From Dimorphilus gyrociliatus (lineage: Eukaryota > Animalia > Annelida), in contig CAJFCJ010000006.1 of NCBI GenBank assembly GCA_904063045.1, positions 1,377,647 to 1,441,646 of the forward strand: a DNA stretch of 64,000 bases, written 5' to 3'. Position numbers and translations under genes: made by a program. A model generated the notes under the pieces. It ran no database searches. It was not told where the DNA came from and saw nothing but the letters and a program-made list of their open reading frames with translations. Shown here piece after piece: positions 53,816 through 64,000 of the stretch (positions are counted from its first letter, which is position 1; each line of letters opens with the position of its first letter).

Positions 53816-54324
53816 CAAGGTAGGGGATTACTTATCTGTATATTATACAAGAGGATTCCTTAGGTTACACAAATTAATGAATGTTTGCTAATTAACCTGA
53901 ACACGTGCTAATCTAGAAAGCGATTTCGTCTGTCTGGTAGAATAAACAGGATTGCAAAATTAAAATATTGCTTGTAAAACAACTTTCCAAAATAATTGTA
54001 ACGCCATCTACAATTTAAAAAGTAGTAAAATAGATTTATACTTAGATACTTAATTTTCTTATATATTTAGAAATTTATTCTTTAATAAATACCTCTATTA
54101 TTACATTTTTTAAATATTTACTTCATAATATGCAAGGAAAATGTACAGGAAGTTTTTTAATATTTCTGTTCTAGAGGGCGCCATACAATTTCCTGAAGAA
54201 ATTAACTTTGATTGGTCAGTTTAGATAGTTAAACAAATTGGCGCCAGCTTAGCCTTCTGTATTGGATATTTTATTTTTACTAGGGTATTTTAGTTAAAAA
54301 GTCGCTTTTATCGAAATTATAAAG
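53816..54324. promoter_or_regulatory. Divergent promoter IDE/dNK with two CTCF-like cores (54001-54010 reverse, 54171-54182 forward)
   Basis: Head-to-head genes; TAGATGGCG on the minus strand and CTAGAGGGCGCC on the plus strand match the CTCF core consensus. Confidence 0.5.
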
Positions 54325-55494
54325 ATGAATATTCAATATTGTAGTATTGATCAAATAGCAGGTCTAGTTTATTCATATTTCGACTTGAAAATACTTGAAA
54401 CGTAGTTAAAAACATTTCAGATTGCGAGTTAAACGACCAAACTCAACCTTTTCCCTTTAAAGAGAAAAGAAAATTTACTGTTGCTGTGGAAGGAAATATT
54501 GGCTGCGGAAAAACAACTTTTCTAAAGCACTTCGAAAATAAAAAAAATGTTGAGGTGTTTATTAAACGTTTGCTTTTAAATTGCAAGCTTTGGTATATTC
54601 ATTTTATTTAAACAACAGGTTCACAAAGAGCCAATTGAGATGTGGACGGATATTAAAGGTCACAATACATTAGATCTTATGTATAAAGATCCTCAGAGAT
54701 GGAGTTTAACCTTTCAATCGTACGTACAATTGACAATGCTAAAAGTACACCAAGCACCACAAGTAAGGAACTATCAACCACGTTTCAATTATTTATAGAA
54801 TTTAAGTTTGTCTATTATACCAATAGGAGAAATCAATTAAATTGATGGAGAGGACAATACATAGCGGAAGATACTGTTTCATTGAAAATCTCCATAAGAG
54901 GTTTGCATAGATTAGCTACTTAAATTAGAGTTGAACTAAAAAATCTGTCTTCATAGCAATGTTCTACCAAATGTTGATTATGCTGTGTTATCGGAATGGT
55001 ATGATTGGTTGGCCAGTTCTGGAAAAGTTAATGTGGATATGATAGGTATAATCATATATTACTATTTTAAGTATTATCCCTACTTTCTATTTACCTCTTC
55101 GCAGTTTACTTAAGAGCTCAACCAGAGACTTGTTTAGAAAGAATTCGTAAAAGGAACCGATCAGAAGACTGCGACGTTCCATTGGTTTTATCTCTATTAC
55201 TTAATTTTTCAATATCATATTCTAATTTGAATTTGTTATTATTATTATTTAGAGTTATTTACAATCTATTCACGAATTGCACGAAGATTGGTTAATAAAG
55301 CAACAAAATTACAATTTAAAAGCTCCAATATTGGTATTATACAATATCTTTTAAATTTCTTAGTTATCTTCAATTAAGACAATTTGTTGTTTCCTTTTAC
55401 TCATTTATAGGTTTTAGATGCCGAGAAACCTCTTATAGAGCTCAAGGAAGATATGATAAATAAAGAATCTATAATTCTATGCGGACAAAACTAA
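54325..55494 (+). CDS. Deoxynucleoside kinase (dNK/TK2 family), absent from the ORF track because all exons are short
   Basis: Motifs VAVEGNIGCGKTT, EPIEMW, RWSLTFQSYVQLTML, LMERTIHSGRYCF, VLSEWYDWL, YLRAQPETCLERIRKRNRSE and LQSIHELHEDWL; about 8 exons; stop 55492-55494. Confidence 0.92.
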
Positions 55495-56079
55495 CTTTCT
55501 ATTGTTTTTTTTTATACTCCGTTTTGTATTCTATATAAAGAGCATCAACAAGCCATTAGGATGATCAATTTAAGTGTTATTTCATCTCCTAAATCACAAT
55601 TCTCTTTCTTATCGAATATTAAAGATAGATTTGATAATTATTATCATCACCGTAGTCATCATCGTAGTCTCTTGTACCTTCTTTCTACTTAATGACTTCC
55701 ATGATCAATTCATTTTAGAGCAAAATCCAGTTGTCAATGCGGGTTATGAAACACTTTTAGAGTATATTCTATGTCTACTGTGTCTGAGTAGGCCCATTTT
55801 ATTTTAAAAATAGATTGCAATTTTACACTATTTAATGGTGTCCACTTATAAAAATATATGTTTTTTTTCTTATTGTATGTAAAGACTTGTTTATTTTTCA
55901 TCTGTTTTTTATGTTAAAGATATTATTTTAACATTAAATGTATGTTAATAAACTTTAGTCCAATTATACTATTTATGCATATGACTTTGTGATATACAAA
56001 TGAAACGTTAGCTGGTGCTAACATAGCAGCAAGTGTGCACTTTGAACTCTATATATGAGCTGACTTATGAATCACCAAT

Positions 56080-57381
56080 ATGCAATTTTATAAAACTTTA
56101 ATTACTTGTTTAATTTTGCATGTTTCTTCGTATTCATTTGCATCTAAGGACTGTGGTTGTTCAGCTACAAATAGAAAGAATGACTTGTCGACTCAAAAAT
56201 CAGAAGATTCTTTAAATTCGTGCAATGACTCTCCTGTTGAAACCTCTGACAAGTTTGAAAGAACCAATCAGATGGTTCTAATAAAAGGAGGATCATTCAA
56301 TATGGGAGAGAAAAAGCCATTTATACCTGCAGATGGGGAGGGTCCGACTCGTAAAGTGCATTTAAGTTCTTTTTATATGGACGTTCATGAGATATCTAAT
56401 TACGAATTTGAAAAATTTGCGAAAGCAGAAAATTATGTCACTGAAGCAGAGAAATTTGGCAACTCTTTCGTTTTAGAAGGTTTCTTAAGTGAAAAAGTGA
56501 AGGAGGGCATTACACAGGCAGTAAGCAAACCAAACCCCATTGTTGACTAGTGTTCCATCTATAGTCTATTTTTGTAGGTTGCAGCTGCCCCATGGTGGCT
56601 TCCAGTTGACAAGGCTGATTGGCGCCATCCTGAAGGACCGGATTCATCTCTTGATGGGAGATATGATCATCCGGTAATTCATGTTTCATATAATGACGCT
56701 AGTGCTTATTGCAAATGGGCCGGGAAAAGACTTCCTACTGAGGCTGAGTGGGAGTTTGCATGTCGGGGAGGTAAAGAAAGTCGCTTGCATCCTTGGGGAA
56801 ATGCAGGTAAAAGTTGATAGTGTAAACATGACAGTTTAGTTGATTGTAGGTTTTTTTCTATTACAGAATATCCTAAAGGTCAAAACAGAATGAATATTTG
56901 GCAAGGCCAATTTCCAACTGAAAATACGATGGGAGATGGATATAGGGGAACTGCCCCAGTTACCGAATATGAATATCAAAACTCTTTTGGATTAAAGAAT
57001 ATGGTGGGAAATGTTTGGGAATGGACTAGCGATTGGTGGACAACTATTCATGATTCTACACCAACCAGTAATCCAGTAAGAGGCATTAAAATTTTTAAAA
57101 AGCAATTTTTGACCTTAATCCTTGCAGATAGGACCGAAAGCAGGTACTGAAAAAGTCAAGAAAGGCGGATCGTATATGTGCACTAAGGTAAGTTATATTC
57201 AATAAAACACGTACTTAGTATAGTGATTAATCAGTCATTTTTTTAATTGACACAGCAATATTGCTACCGTTATCGTTGTGGCGCTAGAAGTAACAATACT
57301 CCCGATAGTTCAGCCGCAAATTTAGGATTTCGCTGTGCATCAACAAAATTGCCTGATTACTTAAAAAGAGATGAATTATAG
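56080..57381 (+). CDS. SUMF1: Formylglycine-generating enzyme (sulfatase-modifying factor 1)
   Basis: Signal peptide, N-terminal [40 protein letters not shown] and catalytic [16 protein letters not shown]; ends KRDEL*. Confidence 0.95.
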
Positions 57382-57601
57382 GCCTAGTTCAGGAAAACAG
57401 CGAATAAAACAAATTGTTTTGTTGAAAGAGGCGATTTTTTTTCAATTCTAAATTAAAAAAGTAGTATACGATAAGCTAGAATTAATTAGATCGATCAAAC
57501 TCCAGTCTAAAACGTCAGATGTTCTACGAAATTGTTTTATTGAACGCTGTAGGCACACGTGTTTACCGTACACAGTTTATATTTTACAAGCGGATAGAGA
57601 A

Positions 57602-59337
57602 ATGGATAATCACCAATTGAACGCCGTATTTTGGTTAATATTATTTACTGTTTCTCTCTTTGTCAACATTTGCCTCTTATTCGTCTTATTCTACTATAGA
57701 AAGAATTGTAGAACCATTGATAAATGTTTGCTAATACTCACCATAGACTATATTGTGGCTTTAATTTTTCTTCTCCTTCTTAAGAGCTTTATCAGTTTAA
57801 AATCGATTAATTTTACGGAAAATGGATGTCGAGTATACACATTTTTCTATCTAACTGCTCAAATTTTTGAGTCATTCATCATATGCACAATCTTTCTCGA
57901 TAGAATGATGTTTTATAGAACTCGTATTAGAATTATTTCAGGAATACTAAGGAATTTCTTAATATTTGGAGTTCAAATGCTAATTGCAGCTATTCTAGCT
58001 GCATGGCCATTATTCAAAAAGATTAATATGAAAGAAGATGAACATAAGGATTATATATGTCCAATACCACTTCGTGATCTTACAACTGAATATTTTACAG
58101 TGATAACGCTATTAATATCGTGTATAGGAGTATTTTGCTTAGCTTGCATAATCGAGATGAGACTTGTTTTGATCAGCAAAAATAATGACTTGCAAGAGGA
58201 TGGACAAACCAATCCAATTAGGAACTCAATAGATAACATGGAATTGCTTACAAATGAATATAACGTCTTCTGCTCCATATTTGCAATCTTCTTCTTCCTT
58301 TTAGTTTTACCTTTATGGGTAAATATTAACCTTAAAACTATAATTTCTTTTTTATTAAATCAATTTCAAAATGTCTATTATTTTATATTCTTTAATTAAT
58401 TTTAGATATTTGCGATAATCTACGGTAAATCTAGCATTAATTACAATATAAAAGACAAAACGATCATTGCACAAGTATGGTTCTACTACCTCAGAATATT
58501 GTTTTGTCCTTTGATTCTTTACTACGTATCCAGGAGATATAAAAGAAGCGTGATCTATTTCTATAAACTACTCAAAACTGGAGGAAATCTAATATATTTT
58601 ATTCGAGGAGTACCTGGTAAAAGTTTAATCTTTTGAATAAATGCGGTATCTTCTATAATCCAATATTTATTGTAGATGAGTCTCAACCTCGTTTAGAATC
58701 ATATAAACATCAGAAACGGCCAAGTATTAGAGCGCATCTCGAAATGAATTTAGCTAATTCTATTACAGATGTTCACAAGATTTATCATAGTACCGATCAA
58801 TCGGATGTAAATGATGTTGAGATAATCAAGAACGAGAAATTTATAAATAAAGAGCGTTCACCTCCGAAAGCTGCGTTATCTCGTACAAAAATGAAGAGTA
58901 AGTTATCAAGAGAAATCCTACCGACCAGCTGCTATTCAAATAGGGCATTTGATGAAGTTGCCGTCGTTGAAGAGGATTTAAAAAGTTTCGATGCCGACAT
59001 TGATCTAGATGATACTGTAAAAGATACTCTAGATAGAAAATCTCAAATTCCTACATCTACAACATCAGAATTTCGCCTAGAGGATATAGAAGGTGTCTTA
59101 GATACTTCAAAAGCAATTACCGATGCCGTTTTAGAGGGTGATAGCGATACGGAAGATGTACCAAGTTTACCCTACGATACATATGATACAAGTGATTATT
59201 TCTCAAACTCTCAGCAAAATTCAGAAATTAGTTCAAATATAAACTCAAACTGTTCAAATGATAGAAAAGAAGAAAAATACAAAAAATTAACTGGTATTAA
59301 CTTAGAAGGTTTAAATAATAGCGAATGTAGCGTCTAA
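57602..59337 (+). CDS. Divergent class-A (rhodopsin-like) orphan GPCR with a long acidic/Ser-rich C-tail
   Basis: Exons 57602-58318, 58406 to about 58616, and about 58676-59337. Seven hydrophobic segments, TM3 Cys (GCRVY), DRM in place of DRY, AAWPL in TM4, CPLILY in TM7. Confidence 0.7.
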
Positions 59338-60384
59338 TCTTGCTATATATATAATATATATATCTTTTATTTTCGTACATGCAAAAAAAAAAAGAAAATA
59401 GTAATTATATCAATTCTTCCAATCAATATTTTACCTATATTTACACTTTTATTTAATGTTCTACGACGCAATTTCGATCTATAGACGAATTTGAAAAGAA
59501 GAGGAAATTAAATTTTTTTGTAGGTATTTTTAAAAAAAAAAAAATCAATTATAGAATTTTTTATGTCCCTAATTAATGCTCTCTACTTTATATATATGTA
59601 TATGTATAGTTTTTTTATATCGTATATATAATCGTTTTATGTATACATAAGCACACTTGTTCGTAATTATATGTTTAATTTATTAAACAGTAAATGTATA
59701 CAATGAAAAATTTATTTTTTTTAATATTCAAGGTTATTTTCGAACTTAATTATCTCTTATTTTTTCTGCTACTATATTTAGAATTAATACAGTAAAAATA
59801 AAAAAATGTACAAATTTATCCTTCAAAGTAATAGATTTATGAACCATAACTTACTAGCTAAAAAGGGATGAAAGTAATATTAACAACGATAATAATATCA
59901 ACAACAACAACAAACAAACAACTAATATAAAAAGAGAAAAACAAAACGTTCCATCTCTTTCGACAGAAGGCCACCTTTTTGTTCTGTTTTTGGTTTTTTA
60001 AATTATCTTTTAGGCCTATTTTGTTTACATTTTTTCAAAAACATTCTCTAGAAGAACGTTTCGTAAATAAACGAAAAATTTTCTTAAACTGCATATTTTT
60101 GAAGAATATAAAATATGAATAAACTTTTATCTTTAATATTCTTTTAAAATTGTATTGAAATTTCATTAAATTATTATATATATAGTTTTAAATTGACTAA
60201 AAGGGCGAAATTAGAGAGATAAAGAAGAAAATTTTAAAAAGTCTCTTAACTAGAAAAATCATATATTAAATGAATTGTGAGATAAGACGATTATTTTACG
60301 TCAGATAGAATAAAAATAGTAGATAAAATTGTTAGGAAAAGAGACTTTTCTAGCGGAGATAGCTTAAAAGTTTGATAAAAGAAT

Positions 60385-61545
60385 ATGACGGAAGGAGATA
60401 GAGATATTATCATGAAGAAAGAAATAGCAGAAGGTAGTGATGAATATGTAAGTGACGTGTAATTAATAGTTGAGATAAATAAAAAAGTAGTCTCTAATAC
60501 AAAAGGTGAAATTTTGTGGAAGTTTGAATGAGGCGAAAAGTTCCCATGAAGAGGAGAAAAGGAATGAACAAAATGTAAATAACTTCTAAAAGAAATAAAC
60601 AATTTGATAAATTTGCATGATTGTGTTCTATTTTTAATATATGTAGGTTTTAATTGTTCAAAATTCATCTGTAACTTTTAATAATCAAGAACTTAATCGA
60701 AATATACAACAAAATCTAGAAAAGGAGAAGAGTTTAAGTGAATTTGTAAGTTGGTTATTATTTTATATTAAATTTATGCTCGTTAGTTAAGTTTCCATAA
60801 TTCAATTTAGAATTGGTTTAAGGATGAACATTATCGGATTCTACAAATGAACTCTGGACAAACAAATGACTTGGGTAAAACATTTATGTACGATATGCCA
60901 GTACCCGCCATAAATGGTGCAATTGAAAATGGTATCCATCACGGAGCCTATCATAGAACTGACATAGAGTATCCTGTCGCCTATCCTATAGAAGTATTTA
61001 ATACGGATAGGATGAATAATTATTTTCCTGATGTAAATCCAACAAATGTTTGGAGTAATTCATATTTCTCGGAGGAGATGTATCGTACAAGTAAAATAAA
61101 ACAAGTTACGGTAGAGGATCCCATGGCTCCCCTATCTCCGATTGTTCGACAACGAGGACGTCCCCGAGGATCTTCCGGTTCATTGTTGGACGAGGAGGGA
61201 AAAGCTATTTGCTTATCGGGAGATAAGAACGAACAACGACGTCAGAGGAATAGGTTGGCGGCCATTCAAAGTAGGACACGTCGAAAACTATATATTCAAA
61301 AATTGGAAGAGAGACAACACGAACAGTCCTTTATCATAAGCAGGCTGCAGAACGAAATACAATACTTGAGACTTATGGCTGGTATTCCATTAGATATTCC
61401 AATTCAAAACATAATGGACTTTACCAATCTTATTCAACCTACAAACACACCGTCGAATTCCCCTGTTCTTGACGAAAAGGAGCATACAAGCTCAACGGAA
61501 ATCACGCAAACTGCTGAAAAACTAGAAAATCCTATTGCTAATTAA
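60385..61545 (+). CDS. bZIP transcription factor with an AT-hook
   Basis: Exon 60385-60447 (donor GTAAGT) splices in frame to 60811-61545. Basic region RRQRNRLAAIQSRTRRKLYIQKLE, a short zipper, and RQRGRPRG upstream. Confidence 0.8.
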
Positions 61546-62031
61546 AATATTATTTCTTTTACTTTTCTATTAAATTTTCTCTAAAAACTATTGATTTAAA
61601 TCAGTTTAAGCGAATATTTAATCGAATTCTAATTATTTTTATATATATATATACATTAAATCATATTAACTCTCATAAAAAATATTCATATAAACATTTT
61701 TACTGGTTTTGTTATCAGAGATATGGTTAAATATAAGTCATATTATTATTTTCTCCACATATATGTAGTTATTCTTTTAAGAGTACTAAAATATGACTCT
61801 ATATTTACAAGTCACACAGCAATATCGAAACGATTTCAAACATAGATCGACATTTGATGCTTTTAGAGTTAAAAATAGAAAAACAGAGAGTATTTTAAAA
61901 TCAGAATTCACAAATATTTAAAAGTTTCTTCTGAAGATTTTAATTCCGACCGTGATTAGAAGTAATAGAGTCTCATTAAACTGCATAATGATAATTCTAC
62001 GGTAGAATAAGACAGAGGTGCACGATAGAGT

Positions 62032-63024
62032 TTAGGCGTCGATTGGTGGATCATCGTCAATTAGAGCCTCATCAGAAGAATATCTAGCTCCAAATTGTCG
62101 ATATTTGTAACAGACAACTGCAAAAATAATAAATACTAAAGAACCAAGGCCAAGTGCAATACATATTCCAGTTATTAATTGTTTATGACTGCTTTTTTTA
62201 GCTTCTGGAAATCGACCATCGATTATTTCTGTTTTACACACTCTATTCACATAGTCGTATTCGGAATTTTCGCAGTAACATTTATTATCTTGTTTGCAGG
62301 TGGCATTTTTTGTTTTACAGATTGATTGGGGACTCAAGTCTCCATTGATACATTTGTCATGAGGAATTAACCAATATGGTGAAACAGTTGCTGTATCAGG
62401 TATTCCACCATGATCAATTATAAATTTGGAATCCTTTGAAAAAGTTGGAATTGGAACATTTTTGTTACACTTAAATAGTGGCAAGATGCTTTTGGGCATT
62501 ATAATTTCATTGAAAAGATTTCCACTGAAGAACAATCCATTTAGTTTCAAGTCAATTTCCATCGATACTATCGCGAATGTCCGCTTTAATTCAACACTAG
62601 CTCTTAGATAAGTTTGAGCAGTGGTAAACATTCTCCACTTTGTAGCAGTATCTTTAATAGGCTTATAAACCGAAGAATTCGTAACAACATTGATGTATCC
62701 TCCTTTCAAATATATCTTTGAACTGGAAGATGGAGACAGCTTGAGATCAAATATAAATGAGTTTCCCGAACAAGGTAACTGAACAATCGAATAATTGTAA
62801 TGAGTTTTCATCAACGAAAGGTATTCCCAACCAAAATCTCCTTCGCAATCCATACCACTACAATATTTATCGACTTGACATGACATGGTGTATGAATTTT
62901 TCTTCTCTTCCGAATCTTTCACGACTTTATCCCAACTCTTACAAGCTTTATCATACTTGGCTTGCTCAACTTGACATATGACAAAGAAAATTGAGAAGAA
63001 AGCTAGGACCAGCTTTGACGACAT
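62032..63024 (-). CDS. Intronless type-I membrane protein: signal peptide, Cys-rich ectodomain, one TM segment, short acidic tail
   Basis: 330-aa ORF with hydrophobic N-terminus, a membrane-proximal Cys cluster (CKTKNATCKQDNKCYCENSEYDYVNRVC) and TM segment LITGICIALGLGSLVFIIFAVVCY. Confidence 0.8.
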   Translation of the reverse strand: MSSKLVLAFFSIFFVICQVEQAKYDKACKSWDKVVKDSEEKKNSYTMSCQVDKYCSGMDCEGDFGWEYLSLMKTHYNYSIVQLPCSGNSFIFDLKLSPSSSSKIYLKGGYINVVTNSSVYKPIKDTATKWRMFTTAQTYLRASVELKRTFAIVSMEIDLKLNGLFFSGNLFNEIIMPKSILPLFKCNKNVPIPTFSKDSKFIIDHGGIPDTATVSPYWLIPHDKCINGDLSPQSICKTKNATCKQDNKCYCENSEYDYVNRVCKTEIIDGRFPEAKKSSHKQLITGICIALGLGSLVFIIFAVVCYKYRQFGARYSSDEALIDDDPPIDA

Positions 63025-63697
63025 TTCTTTTTATTACCTTCAATGAAAACTGGTAATATATTTACAGAGGGCACTAGTAATAAAGAATTAAATAATTCGT
63101 CAGTGAGTTGTTATTCTATGGTTCAAAATAGTGGAATTCTTGCCTATTTATAAAACCATAAAATATAAAATATAACATAAAAAATCTTGAATTTTCTTTT
63201 TTTCTTGCTTTTAGCAAATTTTTATTTTATTATTTAAATAAAAATAAAAAAAAACGTTATTTCTCTGCGGCATAGACTTATTTGCAAATAAATAAACTAT
63301 CAACAAAGACATAAAGTATTGATTTAACTTGAACATATTTAAACGATACATGTGTTATAAGAGATTTCTCAAGAAAAAAAAAACACTCTTGTCCCCTGCA
63401 TAAACTACACAAATTTTGTTGGCAGGTAGCATCTCTCGCTTCCAGCTAAATTATGTGCCTAAGATGCTTTCGGAGAATGGAACGAAGGAAGAATTAAAAC
63501 TTTAACTTATTAAATGTTCAAAAAAGAAAGAAAAAACCACTTCAGGTACTTTCCATTTATATGAAAAGGAAAAAAAACAGCAACGGGAACAATTAAATTA
63601 GGCGGTTTGGCAGAGAGGAAAGAGGCAAGTGATATTACATAGATGAAATATCGCCTATTAGAGAACCACCGTTTATTATCTTATTTCTGTATGTTTC

Positions 63698-64000
63698 TTA
63701 CTCTGTATTTGGAGAAACTGAACGGCTGTTTGCCATAGAGTTATTTGAGATACTACCACTCTCATCGCTATCGTCTTCGTCGTGATGATGAGTTAACTCT
63801 TTGGGTGTGGCTGCCCTAGCGTGAGGTAAATTAATGCTTTCAATTCTCATCAATTTATGTTCAGCGCCTTCCCCCTCCTTATTTTCTAAACACTCCGTTG
63901 GGGTATCGTTGTTTACGATATCTTCAAAAGTTTCTTCCAAAGGATCATTCATCATTGATCCGTGAATCGGTGTCAAAGGCATTGTTACTTCGGAGAAGTT
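63698..64000 (-). CDS. 3' end of a gene continuing beyond the window (acidic/Ser-rich disordered tail)
   Basis: The frame is open to the window edge (NFSEVTMPLTP...); stop at 63698. Confidence 0.55.
   Translation of the reverse strand, partial: NFSEVTMPLTPIHGSMMNDPLEETFEDIVNNDTPTECLENKEGEGAEHKLMRIESINLPHARAATPKELTHHHDEDDSDESGSISNNSMANSRSVSPNTE

Noticed and set aside
60291-60668. Minus-strand 125-aa ORF; the purine-rich plus strand resembling a decayed transposon ORF
   Set aside because: Better explained by the first coding exon of the bZIP gene (60385-60447, in-frame splice to 60811); no RT or transposase motifs.
1-64000. tRNA, rRNA, snRNA, CRISPR arrays, prokaryotic defence systems, transposons
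   Set aside because: No cloverleaf, rRNA-like, repeat-spacer, TIR/LTR or RT/transposase signature seen by eye. Small ncRNAs in introns cannot be excluded without Infernal/tRNAscan.

Overview
AT-rich, gene-dense eukaryotic (animal) DNA with many short GT-AG introns, mostly about 50-100 nt, and about 22 protein-coding genes in 64 kb. This fits a miniaturised invertebrate genome; the species cannot be determined from the sequence alone. Genes in order: two tandem UBA1 copies, SOD2, ELKS/ERC, an HHAT-like MBOAT, an ARM-like unknown, TPPP, ADCK5, a coiled-coil protein, a stum/SPEC3 homologue, CYB561D, DDX20, RGP1, glutaredoxin-DEP-DUF547, a degenerate small GTPase, AF9/ENL, IDE, a deoxynucleoside kinase (missed by the ORF track), SUMF1, an orphan GPCR, an AT-hook bZIP, a type-I membrane protein and a partial CDS at the right edge. 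I found no rRNA, tRNA, CRISPR array or recognisable transposon. The most unusual feature is the UBA1 pair: the two copies are about 99.5% identical (introns included) across the adenylation and catalytic-Cys body, but their last exons are only about 57% identical in protein. That exon encodes the E2-recruiting ubiquitin-fold domain (UFD), suggesting two ubiquitin E1s with different E2 preference kept alike by gene conversion. All exon models and counts were made by eye and need RNA-seq confirmation.
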